Part shown: piece after piece, positions 55,688 through 64,000 of the stretch
Layout of the letters: each line of letters begins with the position of its first letter
How positions within the stretch are numbered: the stretch's first letter is position 1
Source of the DNA: Ignavibacteriota bacterium
GTDB lineage: Bacteria > Bacteroidota > Ignavibacteria > UBA10030 > UBA6906
Direction of reading: 5' to 3'
Assembly: GCA_963801355.1 (NCBI GenBank)
Contig: CAWDEM010000008.1
Coordinates: 2,016,001 to 2,080,000 of the forward strand
DNA length: 64,000 nucleotides
Position numbers and translations under genes: made by a program
The notes under the pieces: model-generated
Seen by the model: the letters and a program-made list of their open reading frames with translations, nothing else
What the model was told of the DNA's origin: nothing
Databases searched by the model: none

Positions 55688-57652
55688 ATGCGATGGTCAT
55701 TTATCATATTCATTGCCGGCCTGCAGTGGGGACTTGCCCAGAGTCCCCCCGAAACCCTTTCGGCCGTGCAGACAGACGGATGTGCGGCCAAACTGCGCGG
55801 TCGCACGCCAACGCACCAGGCCTCCGCCGCAGATTTGTCGGTGGATGCTCTCTACTACCGCCTCGATCTCCGCCTGGACATCCCCCCGGCAATCCTCCGG
55901 GGCGACGTCACGGTTCGTGTACGCGTGGTGGCCGACAGCGCCTCGGCCCTGCTTCTCGATCTCTCGGAGAGCATGACCGTCGACGCAGTGCGGTCGAATG
56001 GTCAACTCCTGTCCATCACCCGGCATCCACAAAGCTTCCTGATCCAACTCCCGCGGTTCTTTTCCAGAGGGGAAGTCATCACTGTGGAAATCGCTTACCA
56101 CGGCACGCCCGATCCCACCGGGTTCGGAAGCTTTGTCTTCGGATCACTCCCCGGCGGCCCCTGGATCTGGTCGCTGAGCGAACCCTATGGAGCCCGGGAT
56201 TGGTGGCCCTGCAGGGACCATCCCCTTGACAAGGCGGACTCTGTGGATATTCTGGTCACCTGTCCGTCAGGGCTGCGGGTCGGTTCGAACGGCAAACTGA
56301 TGGAGGTGCGCGAGAACGGTGACGGCACTGCCACACATTTCTGGGCAGAACGCTATCCGATCGCAACCTATCTTGTGTCGATTGCCGTCTGCAACTATGC
56401 GGCGTTCTCGAATTGGTTTTTCTACGCTCCTTCGGACTCCATGGAGATCCTCAATTACGTGCTCCCCGAGCACCTTTCCCTCGCCCGTGAACAGCTCCCC
56501 AAAACTGTCGATATGTTGCGCGTGTTTTCCACACTCTTCGGACCCTATCCGTTTTTGAAGGAAAAATACGGGCATAGTGAGTTCGGCCGCGGGGGCGCAA
56601 TGGAGCATCAGACCATGACCTCCACGACAACATTCGATGAGGATGTCGTCGCGCACGAGCTTGCACATCAGTGGTTCGGCGACCTCATCACCTGTGCGAC
56701 CTGGCAGGACCTCTGGCTCAATGAGGGGTTCGCCACCTACTCTGAGTCGCTCTATCGCGAAGCCCGCTACGGGTCTTCCGAGTACCGGCGGCTCATCGGC
56801 GATCGCATGGCGAGCGCAAAGAACGCAAAGGGATCGCTGTTCAAAACAGATACTTCCTCCGTGTCCGCCCTGTTTGCCGTGACAGGCGTGTATGCCAAAG
56901 GCGCCTCCGTGTTGCATATGCTCCGGCATGTCGTCGGCGATTCCGGGTTCTTCCGCATCCTCAAGGCCTATGTCGCCGACACACGCTTCCGGTATGGCAC
57001 AGCCTCCACTGCAGATTTCCAGAGTGTATGCGAATCGGTTGCCGGAAGATCCCTCGGATGGTTCTTCGGACAATGGGTCTACGGTGAATCTTTTCCGCGG
57101 TATACGCTGCGGTGGTCCGCAACCGGCTCCAGCGATAGCAGTCTCGTGACGGCCACGATACGTCAGACACCGTTGGCTTCATCCCCCGCATATTTTCAAA
57201 TGCCGGTTGACATCCGGTTCAGCGGCACCGGCAGTGACACGACAGTTACCGTATTCAACTCGAACGCCGAGGAGACGTTTGAATTTCGCCTTCCCTTCAA
57301 GCCCACCCGGGCTGATCTCGATCCGGACAACTGGATACTGCGAGAAGTTCTCGACCCCGAACCTCTCCTTCCGCTGACTGCCCAGCTTGACCAGAACTAT
57401 CCCAATCCTTTCAACGCGGGGACTACCATTACTGTCCGTCTTCCCGGCAGGACGCATGCCGCCGTGCGCATCTATGATCTCCTCGGCCGACGGATCGCCA
57501 CCCTTTCCGAGGGGACACAAGAACCGGGAACCCATCCTTTGTATTGGAAGGGCACCGACGAGACAGGGCGCCACATGGCGAGCGGATCCTATTATGTGCG
57601 CCTGGAGACAACCGAAACCACCATTGCACGTCGACTACTACTTCTCCGTTGA
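55688..57652 (+). CDS. M1-family aminopeptidase with T9SS C-terminal sorting domain
   Basis: GGAMEHQT, HELAHQWFGD...WLNEGFATY, YAKGASVLHMLR and DQNYPNPFN tail. Confidence 0.93.
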   Translation: MRWSFIIFIAGLQWGLAQSPPETLSAVQTDGCAAKLRGRTPTHQASAADLSVDALYYRLDLRLDIPPAILRGDVTVRVRVVADSASALLLDLSESMTVDAVRSNGQLLSITRHPQSFLIQLPRFFSRGEVITVEIAYHGTPDPTGFGSFVFGSLPGGPWIWSLSEPYGARDWWPCRDHPLDKADSVDILVTCPSGLRVGSNGKLMEVRENGDGTATHFWAERYPIATYLVSIAVCNYAAFSNWFFYAPSDSMEILNYVLPEHLSLAREQLPKTVDMLRVFSTLFGPYPFLKEKYGHSEFGRGGAMEHQTMTSTTTFDEDVVAHELAHQWFGDLITCATWQDLWLNEGFATYSESLYREARYGSSEYRRLIGDRMASAKNAKGSLFKTDTSSVSALFAVTGVYAKGASVLHMLRHVVGDSGFFRILKAYVADTRFRYGTASTADFQSVCESVAGRSLGWFFGQWVYGESFPRYTLRWSATGSSDSSLVTATIRQTPLASSPAYFQMPVDIRFSGTGSDTTVTVFNSNAEETFEFRLPFKPTRADLDPDNWILREVLDPEPLLPLTAQLDQNYPNPFNAGTTITVRLPGRTHAAVRIYDLLGRRIATLSEGTQEPGTHPLYWKGTDETGRHMASGSYYVRLETTETTIARRLLLLR

Positions 57653-57658
57653 GCCACT

Positions 57659-58456
57659 ATGACATCCTCACGCGGGACCGCATTCATTACAGGTGCCTCA
57701 TCCGGCATCGGGAAGGCCTTCGCCCAGCGGCTGGCGCGCGACGGCTATGATCTCATTCTTCATGGCCGTCGCGAGCCGCAACTCAAGGCCCTGTGCGAAG
57801 ACCTGCGGACACGCTACGGGGGAAACATCGAGTATGTCATCGCCGAGCTTTCCCATCCCGCGGAATTGCGGCAGCTGGAAGACCGGCTGCGTGCCATCCC
57901 AGATCTCATGCTGCTCGTGAACAATGCCGGGTTTGGAACGAAGCATACATTCGAAGATGAGGAAGTCGGCGTGCTGGACGCAATGATCCAGACGCACATT
58001 ACTGCGCCTGTCAGGCTGATACACGCCGCGCTCCCCCGCATGCTGGAACGCCGCAAAGGCGCGATCATTAATGTCTCGTCCGTGGCGGGTTTCCTGAACT
58101 CGCCGGGAAGCGTGTACACCGGCACCAAGGCCGCGTTGACAAACTTCTCAGAGTCGCTGGATCTTCAGACGCGCAGCAGGGGCGTACGGGTCCAGGCCCT
58201 GTGTCCGGGCTTTACGCGTTCGGAGTTTCACGAGCGGATGGGAGTGGAGATTTCGGAAGAGTTCTTCAAACACTTCATGAACGCGGAAGAGGTCGTGGAC
58301 GCATCATTGAAGGCTCTGAAGCGGGGTCAGGTGGTGTGCATCCCCGGGCTCCGGTACAAATTCGCTGCAGCGGTCCCGCGGTTTCTGCCGAGAAAGGTGA
58401 TGTACGGGTTGACGTACGTGTACAGAAGGCTCAAAGGACAGAGGCAAGGGGTGTAG
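57659..58456 (+). CDS. Short-chain dehydrogenase/reductase
   Basis: TGASSGIG, NNAGFG, NVSS and YTGTK. Confidence 0.93.
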   Translation: MTSSRGTAFITGASSGIGKAFAQRLARDGYDLILHGRREPQLKALCEDLRTRYGGNIEYVIAELSHPAELRQLEDRLRAIPDLMLLVNNAGFGTKHTFEDEEVGVLDAMIQTHITAPVRLIHAALPRMLERRKGAIINVSSVAGFLNSPGSVYTGTKAALTNFSESLDLQTRSRGVRVQALCPGFTRSEFHERMGVEISEEFFKHFMNAEEVVDASLKALKRGQVVCIPGLRYKFAAAVPRFLPRKVMYGLTYVYRRLKGQRQGV

Positions 58457-58460
58457 GAAC

Positions 58461-58530
58461 CAATTGACAATTGTGGACCCACAATCCACAATTGTCAATT
58501 GAAAGAAAGGCATGACTCCCTTCATGCCTT
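58461..58530. terminator. Two adjacent hairpins between convergent SDR and M16 genes
   Basis: Perfect 17-bp inverted repeat CAATTGACAATTGTGGA-N7-TCCACAATTGTCAATTG (58461-58501), then AAGGCATGA-N6-TCATGCCTT. Confidence 0.7.
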
Positions 58531-58577
58531 CCCTCTGTTCGTTCGAAGAAGCAACCTCCATACGGGACGTGCGCCCA

Positions 58578-60647
58578 TCATTTCGCCGGCTTGGCGAACA
58601 GTGTGTCGCCCACCCCCGCGTTCACCTCGCACTTGTCCAGCGTAAACGTGATGACCTGCCCCATCACGCTCTGCTCCATCTTTGTGGGCATCTGGACTCC
58701 GCCGAAGGTTTTGTAATCGAGGAGGTCCGTGGACTGTTCCATCGGACCGCGCGGCGTTGTGCTGACTGACACTTCGCGAAGCTTCAGAAAGTCCTTCGCA
58801 TCGAAATAGTGCCGCAATGTCGGACCGGAGGCACCCGTGAATGTCACTTCATAGGCCTCCCTGCCTTTGATCTCCTTCACTCCGGTGACTTCGGCGGCGA
58901 ACCCGAGAGACTTGTATGCCGAGTAGAAGTCCATTACTGCGTCGGGCTTCTTGGCTTCCGTCTGCTCGGGCGTCAGGTCCTTGATCCCCTGCGGTGTCCC
59001 GGTCCACCCCGACTTCCCGTCAAAGCCGGCGCGCTGGACCATCCCCATCATGTTCATTTCCTCATAGAGCTTGTCCGGGGCCTTCTGGACCGTTTTCACC
59101 TTCATCTCCATGCCCTGGATCTTGCCGCTCATCTCCAGTGTCTTGTCCTTGATCGCCGCATAGGCCTCTTTGCCGCCCACGCGGCTGACATACTTTGCGA
59201 AGATCTCATCAGGTGTCAACGTGATCGACCCGGCCGGTCTCTCCACCACCTTCTTCCCTTCTTCGTCATACATCGTGACCGCGCCGAACTTTCCCACCTT
59301 GTCACGGACATCCTTCGCAGCCCCGACCACCGCGACAAGCATATGATCGGGATCCAGGTACTGCCGGGCGACACGCCGGACATCCTGGGTGGTGACTGCA
59401 GCAAGGCGTTTGAGATAGGTCTTGAAGTGGTCCCGCGGAAGCCCGAAGCGTTCCACATCAATGGCGTAGGACGCGACCGTGTTCGGTGACTCGAGACTTG
59501 CGACAAAGGCCCCGCTGAGTGCATTTTTTGCACGTTCGAGCTCGGCAGCGTCTACATCTTCATCACGGATGCGCTTGAGTTCATAGAAGATTTCGTTGAG
59601 TGCGCTGTCCGTGACGCTGTTCCGCACCGAAGTGGACGCGGTGAATGCTCCGATGAGTTCGTCCGGGCCCAGGGCACTGTACGCGCCATACGTGTACGAA
59701 TGTCTCTCCCGCAGATTCATGAAGAGGCGGGCGGTACCGCCTCCCAGAACGCGGTTCATCACCGTGACCGGCATGACATCCGGCGATGTCCGGAGGAGTT
59801 TCACTCCCTGGGCAACGCGGATGACGGATTGCACGGAACCCGGACGATCGACCAGAGCAACCTGGAGTGACGGAAGCGGCCGCACTTCCGGATACGTCGT
59901 CACCGGCAACGTCCCCTTCTTCCAGCTCCCGAAGTACTTCTTGACGAGCTTGAGTGCGGTGTTTTTCTCGACATCACCCACGACAGCGAGAATAACCCGG
60001 TTTGGCTTGAAGTAGGCATTATACAAGTCGAGGCACTTTCCCCGCGTGATCTTGCCAACGGTCTCCTCGGTCTGGATCTCACCGTACGGATGAGCATCGC
60101 CATACAATACTCTCTTCCGAACGACATCCACGACGGCATCAGGTTCTGACTTGCGTGCCTTGAGACCCGATTGTGTCTGCATCACGACCCGCTCCAGCTC
60201 ACTCTGCGGAAATGTGGGATGGAGCGTGATATCCGCAAGCAGTTCCAGCAATTTTTCCGTGTGACGGGAGAGGCCGGAGGCAAAGAGCGCCGTGCCGCCC
60301 ACGCCGAGTGATCCGCCGATCTGATCGATCTGCTCATCGATCTGATCCTTTGTGCGCCCGGCGGTCCCGCATTTCATGACTTCACCCATCACGTCCACAA
60401 CGCCGGCAACCTCGCCCTCGAAGATCGGTTTCCTGTCAATCAGCAGTCTGATAGCCACCGTGGGCAGTTCGGTGTTGCGGACGACGATCACACGCATCCC
60501 GTTAGCCGTGGTCACCAGGTCGTAATCGGGGAACGACACCGCGGGGGGCGGTCCCGGAGGCGGCATCTTGCTCCGGTCCAGCTGTGCCTCTGTATGCTGC
60601 GCCAGCAACAGCGCGCAGCCGACGAGTACCATCAATGTCCGTTTCAT
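58578..60647 (-). CDS. M16 (pitrilysin-family) non-catalytic subunit with C-terminal beta-rich extension
   Basis: Signal peptide, NGMRVIVV and RLFMNLRERHSYTYGAYS; lacks HxxEH; extra C-terminal domain of about 210 aa. Confidence 0.88.
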   Translation of the reverse strand: MKRTLMVLVGCALLLAQHTEAQLDRSKMPPPGPPPAVSFPDYDLVTTANGMRVIVVRNTELPTVAIRLLIDRKPIFEGEVAGVVDVMGEVMKCGTAGRTKDQIDEQIDQIGGSLGVGGTALFASGLSRHTEKLLELLADITLHPTFPQSELERVVMQTQSGLKARKSEPDAVVDVVRKRVLYGDAHPYGEIQTEETVGKITRGKCLDLYNAYFKPNRVILAVVGDVEKNTALKLVKKYFGSWKKGTLPVTTYPEVRPLPSLQVALVDRPGSVQSVIRVAQGVKLLRTSPDVMPVTVMNRVLGGGTARLFMNLRERHSYTYGAYSALGPDELIGAFTASTSVRNSVTDSALNEIFYELKRIRDEDVDAAELERAKNALSGAFVASLESPNTVASYAIDVERFGLPRDHFKTYLKRLAAVTTQDVRRVARQYLDPDHMLVAVVGAAKDVRDKVGKFGAVTMYDEEGKKVVERPAGSITLTPDEIFAKYVSRVGGKEAYAAIKDKTLEMSGKIQGMEMKVKTVQKAPDKLYEEMNMMGMVQRAGFDGKSGWTGTPQGIKDLTPEQTEAKKPDAVMDFYSAYKSLGFAAEVTGVKEIKGREAYEVTFTGASGPTLRHYFDAKDFLKLREVSVSTTPRGPMEQSTDLLDYKTFGGVQMPTKMEQSVMGQVITFTLDKCEVNAGVGDTLFAKPAK

Positions 60648-60665
60648 GGTCGTGGCTCCTTTCTG

Positions 60666-61985
60666 TTACTGGTTTTCTGTTTTAGGGACGTAGTACAACA
60701 CCGTGCGGTTTTCGTTTTTCAGATACTGCCGCGCGACACGCCGCAGGTCCTCGCGGGTGACTTCCTTGTACTTCGCAATTTCGGTGTTGATGAGGTTCGC
60801 GTCGCCAAGAAAGAGGTGATAGTCCGCAAGCTGCATCGCTTTCCCCTGGACGGTCGAATTCTTCCGAATGAAACCGGTCTCGCGTTGATTTCTGATCTTG
60901 GTGAATTCGACATCGGTGATGAGATCCTTCTGCAGGCGTTCGATTTCCTCCTGCATGACTTTCTCCACCTGTGCGGGCGTCTTGCCGAAACCCGCGATGG
61001 CGAGTGCAATGAAGAGACTGGGATCTTCCAGAGGAAGCGGGATGCTCTCCACCGCGACCGCAAGTTTCTCCTTGTCTACCAGACGTTTCGTCAAACGGGA
61101 GCTTTCGCCGTCGGACAAGAGTGTCGTCAGCATGCTCAGGGCGTAGTAATCCTTAGTCCCCTGTGCCGGCATGTGGTACGCCATGATGACCGCCGGAAGC
61201 TGGATATTGTCGGGGACGCTGTCGCGCACTTCCGCCGACTGAGGAGGTTCGACCTCGGTGGGCCGGAAGATCTCACCGGCACCCCGGGGAATCTCACCGT
61301 AGTACTTCAGGATGAGCGCTCTCGTCTTCACAACATCGATATCCCCTGCGATCGCAAGACAGGCATTGTTCGGCACATAGAAACTCTTGTAGAACTTCTG
61401 GAATTCGTCGATCGATGCGCGATCAATATACTGCGCCGATCCGACCGGTGTCCAGCGGTACGGATGCACCTTGAATGCGTGAGACATCGTTTTCTCAAGT
61501 ATGGAACCGTACGGTCTGTTCTCCAGAATCTGCTTCCGCTCTTCCTTGACAACTCCACGCTGGGTCTCGACGCCCACCGAATCGATCTTCAGCTGAAGCA
61601 TTCGCTCCGATTCCAGCCACATCGCGAGCTCGAGCTGGTTCGACGGAAGTGAAATGTAGTATTCGGTCTTGTCGAAACTTGTGCCGGCATTCAGGTTGCC
61701 TCCGGCATTCTGGACAATTTTCTGGAATTCTCCTCGGGGAATATTCGGAGACCCTTCAAACATGAGGTGTTCGAAGAAATGAGCGAACCCGGTGCGGTCC
61801 GGTTGTTCGTTCTTTGACCCGACGTGGTACGCAACCACCTGCGACACAATCGGGGCGGAATGATCTTCGTGCAGAATCACATGCAGACCATTCGGGAGTG
61901 TGTACTCCTCAAACTTGATGTTGACCTGCGCCGTTGCGAGCAGCGGCACGACGGTGAGAAACAACAGGAGCCGCAAGCGTTTCAC
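60666..61985 (-). CDS. M16 (pitrilysin-family) catalytic subunit
   Basis: YHVGSKNE...TGFAHFFEHLMF, NAGTSFD and VVKEER. GTG start with AAGGA RBS. Confidence 0.93.
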   Translation of the reverse strand: MKRLRLLLFLTVVPLLATAQVNIKFEEYTLPNGLHVILHEDHSAPIVSQVVAYHVGSKNEQPDRTGFAHFFEHLMFEGSPNIPRGEFQKIVQNAGGNLNAGTSFDKTEYYISLPSNQLELAMWLESERMLQLKIDSVGVETQRGVVKEERKQILENRPYGSILEKTMSHAFKVHPYRWTPVGSAQYIDRASIDEFQKFYKSFYVPNNACLAIAGDIDVVKTRALILKYYGEIPRGAGEIFRPTEVEPPQSAEVRDSVPDNIQLPAVIMAYHMPAQGTKDYYALSMLTTLLSDGESSRLTKRLVDKEKLAVAVESIPLPLEDPSLFIALAIAGFGKTPAQVEKVMQEEIERLQKDLITDVEFTKIRNQRETGFIRKNSTVQGKAMQLADYHLFLGDANLINTEIAKYKEVTREDLRRVARQYLKNENRTVLYYVPKTENQ

Positions 61986-62072
61986 GGTCTTGTCCTTGTA
62001 TTGTGGTAGAAGATTCAGAGTCCGGAGAATAGGGTGTGATGCCAGGTAATGCACTGTCGGAACTTCCTCATG

Positions 62073-64000
62073 TCATGGGTCGAGATCAGGATTCTGCCTC
62101 ACCTCAACGGTGTCCGTCCGCGACACAATTGTCCGCGTTGTCACGGTTGTCAACTCGCGCCGCAATGTCACCGGAGCCGCCAGGTCCGGATAGGTGACCA
62201 CAATGCCTTCGATAACCTTCTGCCCGGGTTTCATCGTGAGCGTCACGGGAACCTCGAGGATGCTGTCCGGAAACGCGTACCATGTCAGGGTCCTGGCTTT
62301 TTCCGATTTCAGCCTCCCGGTCCGGCGCGCGCCGGTCGACCACCGGGAGTGCAGATCGAAGGGCTGGTCTGACCTGTACTTGACCTCAACCAATAACGGT
62401 CGGCGGGTGCCGACAAGTTCCACCGTGCGTAAAACAGACTGCGAGGAGTCATGCAGGGAAGTGTCCGGCCGAATCTCCTGATGGGACGAGACGGCCAGCC
62501 ATTCGACTCGTGACGGCTTCTCCAGGCGCGGACTGAACACGTTGAGCTCTCCTTCGAGGACCGAATCGCGGCCCGCAATGCCTACGTGAAGGCCGTCCAG
62601 AAATTCAGCGCCCCTGATGTGCAGCACACTCGAATCACTGCCGATCTCGTAGCGTTGTTCCGCCCTCACTGACCGTTCCCACCGGGCATCATACACAGGA
62701 CGATTCAGAAGGACGACGGCAAGAATCACGATCGCGGACAGGAGAACAACAAGCACCGCCTTCTTCCTGAATTGCTTCAAGAAGGAGAAGTCGTGGCCTG
62801 CACTCATAGAGACGGCCGCGAAGCCGAAAACAAAGGGAAGCGACAGGACCATGAACACCAAGGCATATCCCACGTCCACCAAACCCACTTTCCACCAACC
62901 GTCAAAGACCGACTCCGCCATAGCCCGCTGGAACAACCCGAGGTATTCCAGAAACACCATATGGAGCGGGAGGTAGCACGCCGCAAGCGCCATCGCACCT
63001 TTGACCACAGGGTGACGCACGAGAACCGCGAGCGAAAAGAAGAGAAGTACCGACCCGGCATAGAGGGCTATTTCAGGATTGGCGAACATCAGCACGACGA
63101 GCGCGGCAATCAGAAGGACAAACACACGGAAGAAATACGGATAGGGATCTGTACTGATGCGCAGGCGACGGAGCATCTGCACTGCAAGCCAGAAACCCAG
63201 GGCACCACACAACAGCGCCAGGGCGACGTAGCCGCCGAAGTTGTTGACCCAGGGGAAACGATATCCCCGGACAGCCCCGAGGAGGGTCTCAGGGAACCAG
63301 ATGCATGCCTGTACAATGAGCGCGGCAAGAACAAGCTTTGCGGCGGACCAGCGGGGCTGAGTGGATTTGTCACGGATCCTGTTGCGCCGCAACTTGGCAA
63401 AGGCGACGACAGCGATGACGATCGTCAACGCGTGTACCACCCAGAGCATCCAGTGATCCACGAACAGCAGGCTGTTGCCTATCTGGAGTAGATAGTACGC
63501 ATCCGTGCCGCGTGAGGGCGTGCCGCCATCGAACCGCTCGACGAGCCGCTGCACAAGCAACCCCGAGCGCGCCAGGCCGTTGGAATCGAATACCGCGAGG
63601 TTGTCGAGAGGAGAATGGATCGGGTACGACACGTCGGAGGTGAAATCGATGGCGGGAATCCCTTTTTCAATAAAGGGAATGTGATCCGAACCGCCCCCCC
63701 CCGGTGTAGAATAATTAAGTGTCGCGCTATGCGTGAGGTACCGGAGATTCTTGAACCCGAGCTCGTTATAGTACACATCAAATGCGGCTTCGGGAAGCCA
63801 GCGTGGAGCACTGACCTGGAACGTTGCGTCGGGATCCATCTCAAGGTAGCTCGCCCCGTCAGCCATATCGATCTGGATCATGAGTGCGACGCTGTCGATA
63901 TGCGGGAACTCCTTCACGAAGTGGGTCGATCCCCGGAGTCCCTCCTCTTCCCCGCCGAAGCAGCAGAAGACGAGTGTGGCAAGACGGTCGCGGGGTGCGA
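62073..64000 (-). CDS. M28-family metallopeptidase with multiple TM helices, 5'-truncated by the window
   Basis: FGGEEEGLRGS, IQIDMA, GSDHIPF and HSPLDN, followed by about 8 TM helices. The frame is open to the window end. Confidence 0.88.
   Translation of the reverse strand, partial: APRDRLATLVFCCFGGEEEGLRGSTHFVKEFPHIDSVALMIQIDMADGASYLEMDPDATFQVSAPRWLPEAAFDVYYNELGFKNLRYLTHSATLNYSTPGGGGSDHIPFIEKGIPAIDFTSDVSYPIHSPLDNLAVFDSNGLARSGLLVQRLVERFDGGTPSRGTDAYYLLQIGNSLLFVDHWMLWVVHALTIVIAVVAFAKLRRNRIRDKSTQPRWSAAKLVLAALIVQACIWFPETLLGAVRGYRFPWVNNFGGYVALALLCGALGFWLAVQMLRRLRISTDPYPYFFRVFVLLIAALVVLMFANPEIALYAGSVLLFFSLAVLVRHPVVKGAMALAACYLPLHMVFLEYLGLFQRAMAESVFDGWWKVGLVDVGYALVFMVLSLPFVFGFAAVSMSAGHDFSFLKQFRKKAVLVVLLSAIVILAVVLLNRPVYDARWERSVRAEQRYEIGSDSSVLHIRGAEFLDGLHVGIAGRDSVLEGELNVFSPRLEKPSRVEWLAVSSHQEIRPDTSLHDSSQSVLRTVELVGTRRPLLVEVKYRSDQPFDLHSRWSTGARRTGRLKSEKARTLTWYAFPDSILEVPVTLTMKPGQKVIEGIVVTYPDLAAPVTLRRELTTVTTRTIVSRTDTVEVRQNPDLDP

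Noticed and set aside
1998-63491. Long antisense ORFs (e.g. 1998-3407, 37477-39027, 42101-43411, 46922-48154, 60594-61652)
   Set aside because: They lie opposite well-supported genes, carry no motifs, and are expected from codon bias in GC-rich DNA.

Overview
Gene-dense bacterial window, most likely from an Ignavibacteria/Bacteroidota-related (FCB) anaerobe or facultative anaerobe, judged from three proteins with QNYPNPFN T9SS-type C-terminal sorting domains. Left end (1-8.8 kb): the distal part of a Qrc-type quinone reductase operon (qrcB, which is frameshifted, then qrcC and qrcD), followed by a membrane-anchored Cys-rich GcvH-like protein that lacks the lipoylation motif. It faces a translationally coupled operon of a sensor kinase with two c-heme motifs, an archaemetzincin protease and a sigma-54 activator. 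Next come a K/E/G/M heptad-repeat secreted protein and a monoheme cytochrome c lipoprotein. This module is the best candidate for an undescribed system. Middle (about 10.7-31 kb): an apparently more AT-rich accessory block downstream of tRNA-Thr(CGT). It holds a TMTC-like glycosyltransferase, a 1681-aa fused glycosidase-like lipoprotein, DUF4242, a propeller-sensor/NarL two-component system with matching 7-2-7 operators, and a TPR-sensor/OmpR system with a tandemly duplicated TPR/TolB-like protein. Right part: TerC, GH31, a sphingomyelin-synthase-like protein, a TetR/TolC/MFP/RND efflux operon with a clear promoter and operators, a second OmpR system with a tandem jelly-roll protein, an FAD/Fe-S D-lactate dehydrogenase-like protein, ferritin and a peptide-catabolism neighbourhood (MFS, M19, M1, M16 pair, M28). 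No CRISPR array, rRNA, transposase or integrase was recognised. All assignments come from motif reading only; no database searches were run.
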